Made by a program: the position numbers and the translations under genes. The notes below the pieces were generated by a model. It was not told where the DNA came from, made no database searches, and saw only the letters and a program-made list of their open reading frames with translations. Source: a virus. Taken from it: a stretch of DNA of 64,000 bases. Shown here one piece after another: positions 44,579 to 55,600 of the stretch (position 1 is the first letter of the stretch; each line of letters starts with the position of its first letter). The stretch covers positions 1-64,000 of IMG/VR virus record IMGVR_UViG_3300008117_000025. One strand, 5' to 3'.

Positions 44579-45160
44579 TTAAGTATAATCAGGTAAAATT
44601 ACAAAATATAGATATTGTCCTTTATTAGAATCATAAGTATAGTTGTAATTAAAATTTAAATTTAATGGAGTTGATAAAGATTCTGTTATTGTTGTGGCAG
44701 ATCCTGAGCCACTTCCATTATTGCTCCAGGGTTTTCCATAAAAAACATACATTCTCGATACACCGTAATTATTACTCCCAGATATATTAATAGACCATGT
44801 TGTATTTGAAGTACCAGCATCTATAATCAACATTGTTGATGGAATAATAGAAGTATCATAAGTAAAATGGGATTGTAAAGTACCAGTTACTGAAGAGGAA
44901 ATATAGAGTGTACGGTCATACCCATACCAGGCGGACATTGATAGATTCTGTTTACTCATAGTAACAGGATTGCCGGAAAGAGACCATCTAGAACCAGAGG
45001 AAAGATAATTTATAGGTGTATAAACACCAGAATTAGGGTAATAGGTACTAAATTGACTTCCAGCAGCCCATTCACTAAAGGCATAATTAGATAATGAACT
45101 TTGAGACATCTCTGTCCTTACATCATTAAATGATATTTGTCCGCTATTTGGTAATGCCAT
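44579..45160 (-). CDS. Fibre-associated structural protein
   Basis: MALPNSGQISFNDVRTEM N-terminus, typical of genes following S74 fibres. Confidence 0.7.
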   Translation of the reverse strand: MALPNSGQISFNDVRTEMSQSSLSNYAFSEWAAGSQFSTYYPNSGVYTPINYLSSGSRWSLSGNPVTMSKQNLSMSAWYGYDRTLYISSSVTGTLQSHFTYDTSIIPSTMLIIDAGTSNTTWSINISGSNNYGVSRMYVFYGKPWSNNGSGSGSATTITESLSTPLNLNFNYNYTYDSNKGQYLYFVILPDYT

Positions 45161-48100
45161 TTACCTTCAATTTTAATTCATTAATTTGTGTTTGTTGTTC
45201 CTTAATTGCTTCAACTAACAAACCTACCATTTTAGAATAATCTAACGCTAAATATCCATCTTCTCTTTCTATTACTATCTCAGGTAATACTTCTTGTACT
45301 TCCTGAGCTATCAATCCTATGCTTGGAGTTGATTTGGTTACTTCACCTGCATTATCATTCCACTTCCATTTAACACCATTTAGTTTTAATAGTTTATCTA
45401 AGGCGTTTATAATAGGAGTGACATCATCTTTTAAGCGTTTATCTGAGGAGGAGAAGGCTGTTATGTCACCGGTTGCTGTAATAGCTCCTGTTACTGCTAG
45501 TGTAGACCCATTAAATGTTAAGTTAGTTTCAGCAACAGCAGCATTTGAACTTCCATCAGAAGTTAATACTCTATTATCACTAGCATTTGATATTGTAGTA
45601 AATCCAGTGCCGCTTGAACCGCTTGAACCGCTTGAACCAGGTGAACCAGGAGAACCCGTGTTACCACTAGTGCCGCTTGATCCACTTGAACCAGGTGAAC
45701 CAGGAGAACCCGTGTTACCGCTAGTACCGCTTGAGCCACTTGATCCACTTGAACCAGGTGAACCAGGAGAACCCGTGTTACCGCTAGTACCGCTTGAGCC
45801 ACTTGATCCTCTTGTACCGCTAGTACCACTTGAACCACTAGAACCTGTTTGTCCACTTGTTCCACTAGAACCAGCTGAACCTGCAGAGCCACTAGTACCA
45901 CTTGAACCGCTTGATCCAGCAGTACCGCTTGAGCCTGGTGAGCCAGGAGAACCTGTATTACCACTAGTACCGCTTGAGCCTGGTGAGCCAGGAGCGCCAT
46001 TAGCACCGCTAGTACCACTTGAGCCACTTAAGCCACTAGTACCGCTTGAGCCAGGAGCACCATTAGCACCGCTTGTACCACTTGATCCAGGAGCACCATT
46101 AGCACCGCTTGTACCACTTGAACCACTTGTACCACTAGTACCGCTTGATCCGCTTGAACCGCTAGTACCGCTTGAGCCACTTAAACCACTAGTACCACTT
46201 GAGCCGTTTTGACCACTTGTACCGCTTGAACCGCTTGCACCATTTTGACCACTTGTACCGCTTGAACCATTAACTCCACTAGTACCACTTGAGCCAGCTG
46301 AACCACTAGTACCACTTGAGCCACTTGATCCGCTTGTGCCACTTGAGCCGTTTTGACCTGAAGTACCGCTTGAACCGTTTTGACCTGAAGTACCACTTGA
46401 GCCATTTTGGCCGCTAGTACCGCTAGAGCCAGATGAGCCAGCTGAGCCTGAGGTTCCACTCGATCCGCTAGTACCGCTAGAGCCATTAGCTCCACTAGTA
46501 CCACTAGAACCAGAAGTTCCTGAACTTCCACTTGTTCCTGATGTTCCAGAACTTCCACTTGTTCCTGATGTTCCAGAACTACCAGAGGTGCCACTACTTC
46601 CGTTTTGGCCTGAAGTGCCACTTGAGCCATTCTGACCTGAAGTGCCGCTTGAACCTGATGTTCCAGATGAACCGGGTTGACCAGGAACACCTCCTACATT
46701 TATTTGCCAATCAGTATAAGGTCCACCAGATCCAAAAGTTGTTGTAACATTTATAATTAATTGATTAGTACCTGAAGTATAACTTGTAACAGTTCCTTCC
46801 ATTCTAGTAGCATAATCTGCTGCTCTTGCTGCAATTACAGTTTGGCCATTTGTGTATGCTAAACCAGCTGTAGTTACAGTGAATGTTTTACTTCCAGTTC
46901 CTATTGATTGAGATGTAGTAGAAGTTGTAGCGTATTTGTCTCCGTTCTGACCAGAGGTACCAGCTGAACCTGATGAACCACTAGTTCCTGATGAACCACT
47001 AGTTCCTGATGAACCTGAAGAACCTGAGGTGCCGCTTGAACCGCTTGATCCGCTTGTGCCGCTTGAGCCGTTTTGACCGCTAGTGCCGCTTGAGCCATTT
47101 TGACCTGAAGTACCGCTTGAGCCACTTAAGCCACTAGTACCGCTTGAGCCAGCTGAGCCACTAGTACCGCTTGAGCCAGCTGAGCCACTAGTACCGCTTG
47201 AGCCACTAGAACCACTAGAACCACTAGTACCACTTGAGCCATTTTGGCCTGATGTGCCGCTAGAGCCATTTTGACCTGATGTGCCGCTTGAACCATTGGC
47301 TCCACTAGTACCACTTGAGCCAGCTGAACCGCTAGTACCGCTTGAGCCATTTTGGCCTGATGTGCCGCTAGAGCCATTTTGACCTGATGTACCACTTGAG
47401 CCGTTAGCCCCTGATGTACCGCTTGAACCGCTAGAGCCATTAGCTCCACTAGTACCGCTTGAACCATTTTGACCAGAAGTACCACTAGAGCCTCTTGTGC
47501 CACTTGAACCGCTTGAGCCGCTTGATCCGCTTGTGCCGCTTGAACCGTTCTGGCCTGATGTACCACTTGATCCATTTTGACCACTAGTACCGCTAGAACC
47601 GTTTTGGCCTGATGTGCCACTTGATCCACTCGTACCGCTTGAACCACTTGAGCCGGCTGAGCCGTTGGTACCACTTGAACCACTTGAGCCACTTGTTCCG
47701 GATGAACCATTTTGACCTGAAGTACCGCTTGAGCCATTAGCTCCTGAGGTACCTGATGAGCCGTTTTGGCCGCTTGTGCCGCTTGAGCCGTTTTGGCCGC
47801 TAGTACCGCTTGAACCACTTGTTCCACTAGTACCGCTTGAACCACTTGTTCCACTAGTACCGCTTGAGCCACTTAAGCCACTAGTACCGCTTGAACCACT
47901 AGAACCACTTGAGCCAGATGATCCATTTACTCCACTAGTACCAGATGAACCACTTAAGCCACTAGTACCGCTTGAACCACTTGAGCCGGCTGAACCGCTA
48001 GTACCACTTGAGCCACTTGATCCCCTAGTTCCTGAGGAACCACTTGAGCCAGAAGTGCCACTTGATCCACTTGAGCCACTGCTACCACTTGTACCTGATG

Positions 48101-51100
48101 TACCAAATGATAAACCTGAGGTGCCTGAAGAACCTGTAGAACCAGCTGTACCTGATGAACCAGCTGTACCAGATGATCCTGGGGCTCCTTGGCCTACTAA
48201 TACATTTCCTAATACTCCGTACACGCGTAGGCTATAGACTGCCCAAGTACCAGCAGTAATAGAAGATACTGCTATTGTAACGTTACCACCTGAAGTTAAT
48301 GCTTCAGAATATTTTGCAGGTGCTCTGTATATTGCAGTATCACCATTACCAGAAGCCAAGTGTTCTAACGTAATTGTTTCTTTAACAGATCCACTATATG
48401 ATAATGTAAATACTATTGTTACGTCTTGAGCCGAGGTTGCTGTTAATCCTATCTCAGCTTCAGCTATAATATTGGAATAATTGTTAGAAGGTACAGTGTA
48501 TGTTTTGATATTAGCATTTGTGCCTGTGCCTGTATTAGTTGTTTCATCAGCATATAATAATACAGTTGAACCTGTTAAGTTAACTGTTGTTGCTCCTACA
48601 ATATATGAAGCAGACACTGCATATGATGCTGTGTTTGCAAATGATGCTGTGCCAGATAAAGATCCTGTAAATCCTTGAGTTGAAGTGGTTGAACCACTAA
48701 CAACTAAACTACCTGTTATAGTTGCAGAACCAGTATATGGGAATGAAGCACCTGCATTTAATGCATAAGATGATGTAGCAGCATATGAAGATGTACCTAA
48801 TAGGCTACCTGTAAAGCTATTAGCAATTATAGAACCTGTTATATTAAAGGTGCCACTTACAAAGCTCATACTAACAGAAGCGGTTGCTGCATTTGTGCTA
48901 CCATCTGACAATAATATTCTTCCAATAGCTGGGGTGTTGATTGTTTCAAATCCTACACCGCTTGTGCCACTTGTACCACTTGATCCTCTTGTACCACTTG
49001 AACCTGAAGATCCAGCAGATCCAGATGAGCCGGAGGTACCGCTTGAACCATTAGCACCGCTTGTTCCAGATGATCCAGATGTACCGCTTGATCCGCTAGT
49101 ACCAGTAGAACCACTTGTACCTGTAGAGCCGCTTGTTCCACTTGATCCACTTAAACCGCTTGTACCACTAGAGCCAGTTTGACCACTAGTACCGGATGAA
49201 CCGGTTTGACCACTAGTACCACTTGAACCGCTTGTACCAGATAAACCACTTGTACCTGTAGAGCCGCTTGTTCCACTTGATCCACTTAAACCGCTTGTAC
49301 CACTAGAGCCAGTTTGACCACTAGTACCACTTGAACCGCTTGTACCGCTTGAGCCACTTGAGCCACTAGTACCGCTTGAACCTCTTGTTCCACTAGTACC
49401 ACTAGAACCACTAGTACCACTTGAGCCACTTAATCCACTAGTACCACTAGAACCGCTTATGCCGCTAGAACCACTTGAACCACTTGTTCCGCTTGATCCA
49501 CTAGTACCGCTTGATCCACTTGAACCACCTGTTCCGCTTGATCCGCTTGAGCCACTAGTACCGCTTGATCCGCTAGTACCGCTTGAGCCACTTGAACCAC
49601 TCGTTCCAGATAACCCACTTGTACCTGCTGAACCACTTGATCCGCTAGTGCCGCTTGAGCCACTTGAGCCACTTGTTCCGGATGAGCCAGATGAGCCTGA
49701 AGTGCCAGATGAACCTGAACTACCATTAGCTCCTGAAGTACCAGAGCTACCTGAGCTACCGTCACCACCAGAAGCGCCTGCAAGGTTTACTTCCCAGCTA
49801 GTATATGTTCCTGATCCTATAACTAAATTAGGAGTTCCGTATGTTAATAATCCATTAGATGGATTGTAAGATTCAACAGGAACTTCTTGATAATTAGTAA
49901 GATTATATGCAAGAATTGCTGTTTGAGCAATTGAATATGCTAAATTAATTCCAACAGTTAAACTTCCACTTAGTCCTAATGTTACAGAACTTGTAGATGA
50001 TGTTAAGTATCTATCTCCTGATAAGCCAGCTGTGCCTGAGGAACCAGATGAGCCAGAGCTACCGCTAGTTCCTGAACTACCTGAAGTACCATTAGTACCA
50101 CTTGAGCCGGAGCTACCACTAGTTCCTGAGCTTCCACTTGAGCCTGAGGTGCCGCTTGAGCCATTTTGGCCTGAAGTACCGCTTGAGCCACTTGATCCAG
50201 AAGTACCTGCTGAACCAGATGTACCTGCTGAGCCCGAAGAACCAGTTGAGCCTGATGTACCACTTGAACCACTTGTACCACTTGACCCAGATGTACCGCT
50301 TGAACCGCTTGAACCTGAGGTACCGGTTGAACCAGAAGTACCGGATGAGCCCGAAGAACCAGTTGAGCCTGATGTACCACTTGTACCTGATTCTCCTGAA
50401 GTGCCTGAGGAGCCACTAGAACCTGTTGTACCACTTGAACCTGAAGAGCCTGAAGTGCCTGTTGAACCAGATGTACCTGCTGAGCCTGAAGAGCCAGTTG
50501 TACCAGATGAACCGCTTGTGCCTGATTCTCCTGAAGTACCTGTTGATCCGCTAGTACCACTAGAGCCTGAAGTGCCGCTTGAACCTGTAGTACCACTTGA
50601 GCCGCTAGAGCCACTTAAGCCTGATGTACCACTTGAACCACTTGTACCACTGGTACCGTTTGTACCGCTTGAGCCACTTGTACCTGATTCTCCACTTGTA
50701 CCTGATTCACCACTAGTGCCAGAAGAACCTGCAGTACCTGAAGTGCCTTGTACTAATAATTCCCAGTTAGGATTAGATGTAGGAACAGCACTTCCTGCTG
50801 GTATATCTATAGTTGCTATATATGAAGATTCATTGTAGTAGGTAAGATCATTTATAATATAGTTAGTATAATCATTCCATTCTCCTTTCCATGCAAGTCC
50901 AGTACCTGCTGCACCCGGTATACCTGTTAAGCGAATTGACCAGTTACAACACTCACCTGTTCCTTCAAAACTATATGGTTTAAAATTAAGATTTCCCGTT
51001 GTTGGGTTATAAGATATAACTTCACCTGTTATTACATTACAATTATCATTACAGATTAATTGAATAAAATCACCAGCACCAAATGAAAGATCTGTACTAG

Positions 51101-51179
51101 TAGTTATTGTTAAATCACAATAATTACTAGTTTCACAAGATCCAGAAGAAACACAACAATCATCTATAATTCGGGACAT
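45144..51179 (-). CDS. Giant Gly-Ser/Thr repeat tail fibre with C-terminal peptidase S74 chaperone (2011 aa)
   Basis: SDKRLK...IGLIAQEV...DYSKMVGLLVEAIKEQ; G-S/T-S/T tracts; three copies of a ~85-aa beta module; WKGEW...NW motif. Confidence 0.85.
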   Translation of the reverse strand: MSRIIDDCCVSSGSCETSNYCDLTITTSTDLSFGAGDFIQLICNDNCNVITGEVISYNPTTGNLNFKPYSFEGTGECCNWSIRLTGIPGAAGTGLAWKGEWNDYTNYIINDLTYYNESSYIATIDIPAGSAVPTSNPNWELLVQGTSGTAGSSGTSGESGTSGESGTSGSSGTNGTSGTSGSSGTSGLSGSSGSSGTTGSSGTSGSSGTSGSTGTSGESGTSGSSGTTGSSGSAGTSGSTGTSGSSGSSGTTGSSGSSGTSGESGTSGTSGSTGSSGSSGTSGSTGTSGSSGSSGTSGSSGTSGSSGTSGSTGSSGSAGTSGSAGTSGSSGSSGTSGQNGSSGTSGSSGSSGTSGSSGSSGTNGTSGSSGTSGSSGSSGSSGTAGLSGDRYLTSSTSSVTLGLSGSLTVGINLAYSIAQTAILAYNLTNYQEVPVESYNPSNGLLTYGTPNLVIGSGTYTSWEVNLAGASGGDGSSGSSGTSGANGSSGSSGTSGSSGSSGTSGSSGSSGTSGSSGSAGTSGLSGTSGSSGSSGTSGSSGTSGSSGSSGTGGSSGSSGTSGSSGTSGSSGSSGISGSSGTSGLSGSSGTSGSSGTSGTRGSSGTSGSSGSSGTSGSSGTSGQTGSSGTSGLSGSSGTSGSTGTSGLSGTSGSSGTSGQTGSSGTSGQTGSSGTSGLSGSSGTSGSTGTSGSTGTSGSSGTSGSSGTSGANGSSGTSGSSGSAGSSGSSGTRGSSGTSGTSGVGFETINTPAIGRILLSDGSTNAATASVSMSFVSGTFNITGSIIANSFTGSLLGTSSYAATSSYALNAGASFPYTGSATITGSLVVSGSTTSTQGFTGSLSGTASFANTASYAVSASYIVGATTVNLTGSTVLLYADETTNTGTGTNANIKTYTVPSNNYSNIIAEAEIGLTATSAQDVTIVFTLSYSGSVKETITLEHLASGNGDTAIYRAPAKYSEALTSGGNVTIAVSSITAGTWAVYSLRVYGVLGNVLVGQGAPGSSGTAGSSGTAGSTGSSGTSGLSFGTSGTSGSSGSSGSSGTSGSSGSSGTRGSSGSSGTSGSAGSSGSSGTSGLSGSSGTSGVNGSSGSSGSSGSSGTSGLSGSSGTSGTSGSSGTSGTSGSSGTSGQNGSSGTSGQNGSSGTSGANGSSGTSGQNGSSGTSGSSGSSGTNGSAGSSGSSGTSGSSGTSGQNGSSGTSGQNGSSGTSGQNGSSGTSGSSGSSGSSGTRGSSGTSGQNGSSGTSGANGSSGSSGTSGANGSSGTSGQNGSSGTSGQNGSSGTSGSAGSSGTSGANGSSGTSGQNGSSGTSGQNGSSGTSGSSGSSGSSGTSGSAGSSGTSGSAGSSGTSGLSGSSGTSGQNGSSGTSGQNGSSGTSGSSGSSGTSGSSGSSGTSGSSGTSGSSGSAGTSGQNGDKYATTSTTSQSIGTGSKTFTVTTAGLAYTNGQTVIAARAADYATRMEGTVTSYTSGTNQLIINVTTTFGSGGPYTDWQINVGGVPGQPGSSGTSGSSGTSGQNGSSGTSGQNGSSGTSGSSGTSGTSGSSGTSGTSGSSGTSGSSGTSGANGSSGTSGSSGTSGSAGSSGSSGTSGQNGSSGTSGQNGSSGTSGQNGSSGTSGSSGSSGTSGSAGSSGTSGVNGSSGTSGQNGASGSSGTSGQNGSSGTSGLSGSSGTSGSSGSSGTSGTSGSSGTSGANGAPGSSGTSGANGAPGSSGTSGLSGSSGTSGANGAPGSPGSSGTSGNTGSPGSPGSSGTAGSSGSSGTSGSAGSAGSSGTSGQTGSSGSSGTSGTRGSSGSSGTSGNTGSPGSPGSSGSSGSSGTSGNTGSPGSPGSSGSSGTSGNTGSPGSPGSSGSSGSSGTGFTTISNASDNRVLTSDGSSNAAVAETNLTFNGSTLAVTGAITATGDITAFSSSDKRLKDDVTPIINALDKLLKLNGVKWKWNDNAGEVTKSTPSIGLIAQEVQEVLPEIVIEREDGYLALDYSKMVGLLVEAIKEQQTQINELKLKVNGITK
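45590..50750. repeat. GSS/GTS tripeptide-coding tandem repeat tracts (fibre 1)
   Basis: 9-nt periodic degenerate repeat interrupted by globular modules. Confidence 0.9.
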
Positions 51180-51206
51180 CTATATTGATTTTTATTTTAC
51201 ATTACT

Positions 51207-51410
51207 TTAAAAAGGTGGAACATCACATAATGTTTTTGATATTATTTCACCACATCCTCCTGAAACTGTATAACAATAGGTACCATCTGAATAGAAATTA
51301 TCTGGTACAGGTGAATTAAAGGAAGAGTCGGTGTATATAAAACTACCAACATTAAGTATTATAGATCTACTATAAAAACATCCATAAATTGGAACAAAAA
51401 TAGGGCCCAT
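51207..51410 (-). CDS. Small Cys-containing structural protein
   Basis: VGSFIYTDSS...YSDG module, also present in 51448..52650. Confidence 0.6.
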   Translation of the reverse strand: MGPIFVPIYGCFYSRSIILNVGSFIYTDSSFNSPVPDNFYSDGTYCYTVSGGCGEIISKTLCDVPPF

Positions 51411-51447
51411 ATTTATATTTTACAATAATTATTTAAAGTTTATATAT

Positions 51448-52650
51448 TTAACATCCACAAGGATTATTCCAAGTTCCACATTGTGAGTTGGGGTAATCAT
51501 TAAAATAATCACTATTTACTATATCTGCGGGTGGTTGAATAGGAGGAAGTATATTTTGTGTTGTTATAGAACCATATCTAACACAATCTGAAAGTGTATA
51601 TAGATATAATTGCCCCTCAGGTTCAAAAGTTGAATTTTCTGTTGTTATTAAACCATACTGTGTAGTTCCACTACAATCAACATATTTAAAAGATCCTGTT
51701 TCAGCTGCATATAATAATATATTTTGGAAACATCCATTAAATGCTTTATATACTATACAAGCTCCTGCACAATCTGGTGTAACTAAAGGACCAACTGCTG
51801 AGTCTCTTCTTGCTAAACAGTGTGCAACTGGAGTACAAGAGCCTAGATCAGTAATTACACCACTATCATTTACAACTAAACAATTAGTACCATCATAATA
51901 AGTACCAGTATCTGCTATTGTTGTTAAAGAAGAGTCTGTGTATAGGAAGCATCCAACTTCTAGATCGCAACAATCACTGTATATAGTAGGTGATAAAGCT
52001 TGAGTTGAATATGTTACTATAACAAGTCCATTTCCACCAACACCACCATTTCTTGTTGAAGAACCTAAATCAGTATTTGCTCCTCCTGATCCACCACCCC
52101 CAAAGCTAGCTCCTGGATTTCCATTATTTCCTGGGGTTACTCCATTTGCTCCTAATCCTCCATAAAAATTTGTTGCTGATCCTCCAACATTATTTACTGC
52201 ATTGCTTCCACTATTAGTAGAACCGGCACCTCCTCCTCCTCCACCAGACCCTGCATCTACTCCATTTCCTCCATTTCCACCTTTAAATATTATATCACCA
52301 ACACACCCTGCTGTACTACCAGAAGCTCCAGTAGCATATGCTGGCGTTGCTCCAGTAGCATTATTGCCATTTATCCCTCCTTTAGCATAAACTACATTAA
52401 TATTATCAAACCAAGAATCTCTATTACCCGCTCCACCTTGACCAACAGTAACTGTATATCCTTGTCCTGGGTTAACAGGATAATTCATTTTTTTAGCATA
52501 TGCACCTCCAGATCCACCACCACCACGACCTCCAAGGCGAGTAGAAAGTCCACCTGATCCCCCAGCTCCCCATGCTTCTATAGTTACATGATTAACATTG
52601 GCTGGTACTGTAAAGGTTCCATTTGTATAAAAAAATTCTTTTTGTCTCAT
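51448..52650 (-). CDS. Glycine-rich-domain fibre/adhesin-like protein with Cys-rich C-terminus
   Basis: TFTVPANV..VTIEAWGAGGSGG...GGGGSGGAY, VGQGG, GGNGLVIVTY. Confidence 0.8.
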   Translation of the reverse strand: MRQKEFFYTNGTFTVPANVNHVTIEAWGAGGSGGLSTRLGGRGGGGSGGAYAKKMNYPVNPGQGYTVTVGQGGAGNRDSWFDNINVVYAKGGINGNNATGATPAYATGASGSTAGCVGDIIFKGGNGGNGVDAGSGGGGGGAGSTNSGSNAVNNVGGSATNFYGGLGANGVTPGNNGNPGASFGGGGSGGANTDLGSSTRNGGVGGNGLVIVTYSTQALSPTIYSDCCDLEVGCFLYTDSSLTTIADTGTYYDGTNCLVVNDSGVITDLGSCTPVAHCLARRDSAVGPLVTPDCAGACIVYKAFNGCFQNILLYAAETGSFKYVDCSGTTQYGLITTENSTFEPEGQLYLYTLSDCVRYGSITTQNILPPIQPPADIVNSDYFNDYPNSQCGTWNNPCGC

Positions 52651-52690
52651 ATAAAAACTAATTTATTAATATTTTTAACAACTAATACAA

Positions 52691-55600
52691 TTAATTACAT
52701 CCTTCAACACATCCTCTTGCATAGTTATCTTCTGCTTCACAGCAATCACCTGGTGTTTCTGATGTTGGAGTATATCCTACACAGAATGAACAATATATTG
52801 GGCATTCTTCAAGTGGGAGAGTAATACAGGTAGTACTGGTTCCTGAGAGTTTAACTGAAGTACCACTTGTACCTGAACTACCTGATGTACCAGATGAACC
52901 GGAGGTTCCTGAACTACCACTAGATCCACTTGTACCTGAACTACCTGATGAACCTGAAGTACCTGTAGAGCCTGATGTACCTGTTGAACCAGATGTTCCT
53001 GAACTACCACTTGATCCACTTGATCCTGTTGTACCTGATGAACCTGAAGTGCCAGTTGATCCGCTAGTACCTGATGAACCGCTAGTACCTGATGAACCCG
53101 ATGATCCACCAGAACCACTTGTACCTGCTGAGCCTGCAGATCCACTTGTACCTGTTGAGCCTGAGCTTCCTCCAGTACCTGAACTTCCTGAGCTACCATT
53201 TGCCCCACTTGTTCCTGAACTTCCTGATGTTCCGCTTGAGCCACTAGTACCAGAAGTACCACTTGAGCCTGAATTGCCAGAAGTACCTGATGATCCTCTT
53301 GTGCCGGAGGTTCCACTAGAACCTGAAGTTCCACTAGAGCCTGAAGTGCCGGATGTACCAGAACTACCATCAATTCCTGATGTACCAGATGAACCAGAGG
53401 TGCCATTAGAACCCGAAATGCCGGATGTTCCTGAACTACCATCAATCCCTGATGTTCCTGATGAGCCTGAACTACCTGATGTACCTGAACTACCTGATGT
53501 ACCAGATGAGCCAGATGTTCCAGAGCTACCATTTGTGCCTGAAATACCAGATGTACCTGAACTACCAGATGTACCAGATGAGCCAGATACGCCGGAAGTA
53601 CCAGCGTCTCCTGTTATACCACTAGTACCTGAGGTACCATTTGATGTGCCTGATGTACCTGTTGTGCCTGATGTACCAAATGAATATCCTGAAGACCCAG
53701 CAGTTCCTGAAGTACCAAATGATATACCGGATGTACCTGCTGAACCTGAAGAACCTGTTGTACCTGCTGTACCATTGCCTGAGGTTCCACTTGTACCAGT
53801 TTGACCACTTGTACCGCTTGATCCACGAGTACCACTAGTACCACTTGTACCACTAGTACCATTTGTTCCTGAAATACCTGAAGTACCGCTTGAGCCTGTT
53901 GTACCTGAAGTACCAGTTGTGCCTGAAGTGCCATTAGTACCATCTGCACCTGAGGTTCCAGAAGATCCATTAGTACCATTTATTCCTGAAGTACCATTAG
54001 TACCTGAAATACCAGAAGTACCATTTGAACCACTAACACCTGAAGAGCCAGAAGTACCAAAAGTACCATCAGAGCCAGAAGTGCCAGAAGAACCACTTGA
54101 ACCGTCAACTCCGGAAGAACCAGAACTACCTGATGTACCATGGGTTCCACTTGATCCTGAACTACCTGATGAGCCTGAAGAACCAGCTGACCCAGCTGAT
54201 CCAGCTGTTCCTGATGAGCCTGCAGAACCTGCAGAGCCAGCAGTACCTGCAGAGCCGGATGAACCACTTGATCCAGAGCTTCCTGAAGAACCACTAGAGC
54301 CAGCTTCACCACTTGTTCCTGAACTTCCATCTTCTCCGTCTACTCCTGATAATCCTGAAGAACCAGAACTACCACTAGTACCTGTCTCTCCACTAGTACC
54401 GGAACTTCCTTCAGTTCCTGATGTACCTGAAGTGCCATTTATTCCTGATGAACCTGAAGTGCCATTAGATGTACCTGAGGTACCTGTTGTGCCTGAAGTA
54501 CCGTATGTGTATCCAGAAGAACCAGCTGTGCCGGAGGTACCAAATGATAGACCTGAAGTGCCTGCTGAACCTGATGATCCTGTTTCTCCGCTTGTACCTG
54601 AAGTACCTGTTTCTCCGCTTGTACCTGAAGTACCTGTTTCTCCGCTTGTACCTGAAGTACCAGATGTGCCTGAGGTACCTGTTGTACCACTTGTACCTGC
54701 TGTACCACTTGTACCTGTTTCTCCACTAGTACCAGAGGAACCAGATGTACCAAAAGTACCTGATAAACCTGAAGTACCGCTTGATCCTGTTGTACCTGAA
54801 GTACCAGTTGTACCACTTGTACCTTGTGTTCCACTAGTGCCGCTAGTACCTGTTGTGCCTGATGTACCTGTTGTACCGCTTGTTCCAGCAGTTCCATTAC
54901 CTGAAGTGCCTGATGTACCAGCAGTTCCGTTACCTGAGGTACCACTTGTACCTGCAGTTCCATTACCTGAAGTACCTGAGGTACCTGATGAGCCTGAAGT
55001 ACCTGTTGTACCGCTTGTTCCAGCAGTTCCATTACCTGAAGTGCCTGATGTACCTGTTGTGCCTGATGTGCCTGTTGTGCCTGATGTACCTGTTGTGCCG
55101 CTTGAACCTGAAGTGCCTGATGTACCTGTTGTGCCTGATGTACCTGTTGTGCCTGAAGTGCCAGCAGTTCCGTTACCTGAGGTACCACTTGTACCTGCAG
55201 TTCCATTACCTGAAGTGCCAGAAGTACCTGTTGTACCTGAAGTACCGTTTGATGTACCTGATGTACCTGTTGTACCTGATGTACCGTATGTGTATCCTGA
55301 AGATCCTGCTGTACCCGACGTACCGAATGATATACCTGATGTACCTGCTGAACCTGAAGAACCTGTTGTGCCTGATGTACCACTGCCTGAAGTACCACTT
55401 GTACCTGTTTCTCCACTAGTACCACTTGATCCTCTAGTACCACTAGTACCGCTTGTACCTGCAGTTCCATTACCTGAAGTGCCTGATGAGCCTGATGAGC
55501 CTGTAGTACCAGAAGTACCTGAAGTACCTGTTGTACCGCTTGTGCCTGATGAGCCTGTAGTACCAGAAGTACCTGAAGTGCCTGTTGTACCTGTTGTGCC

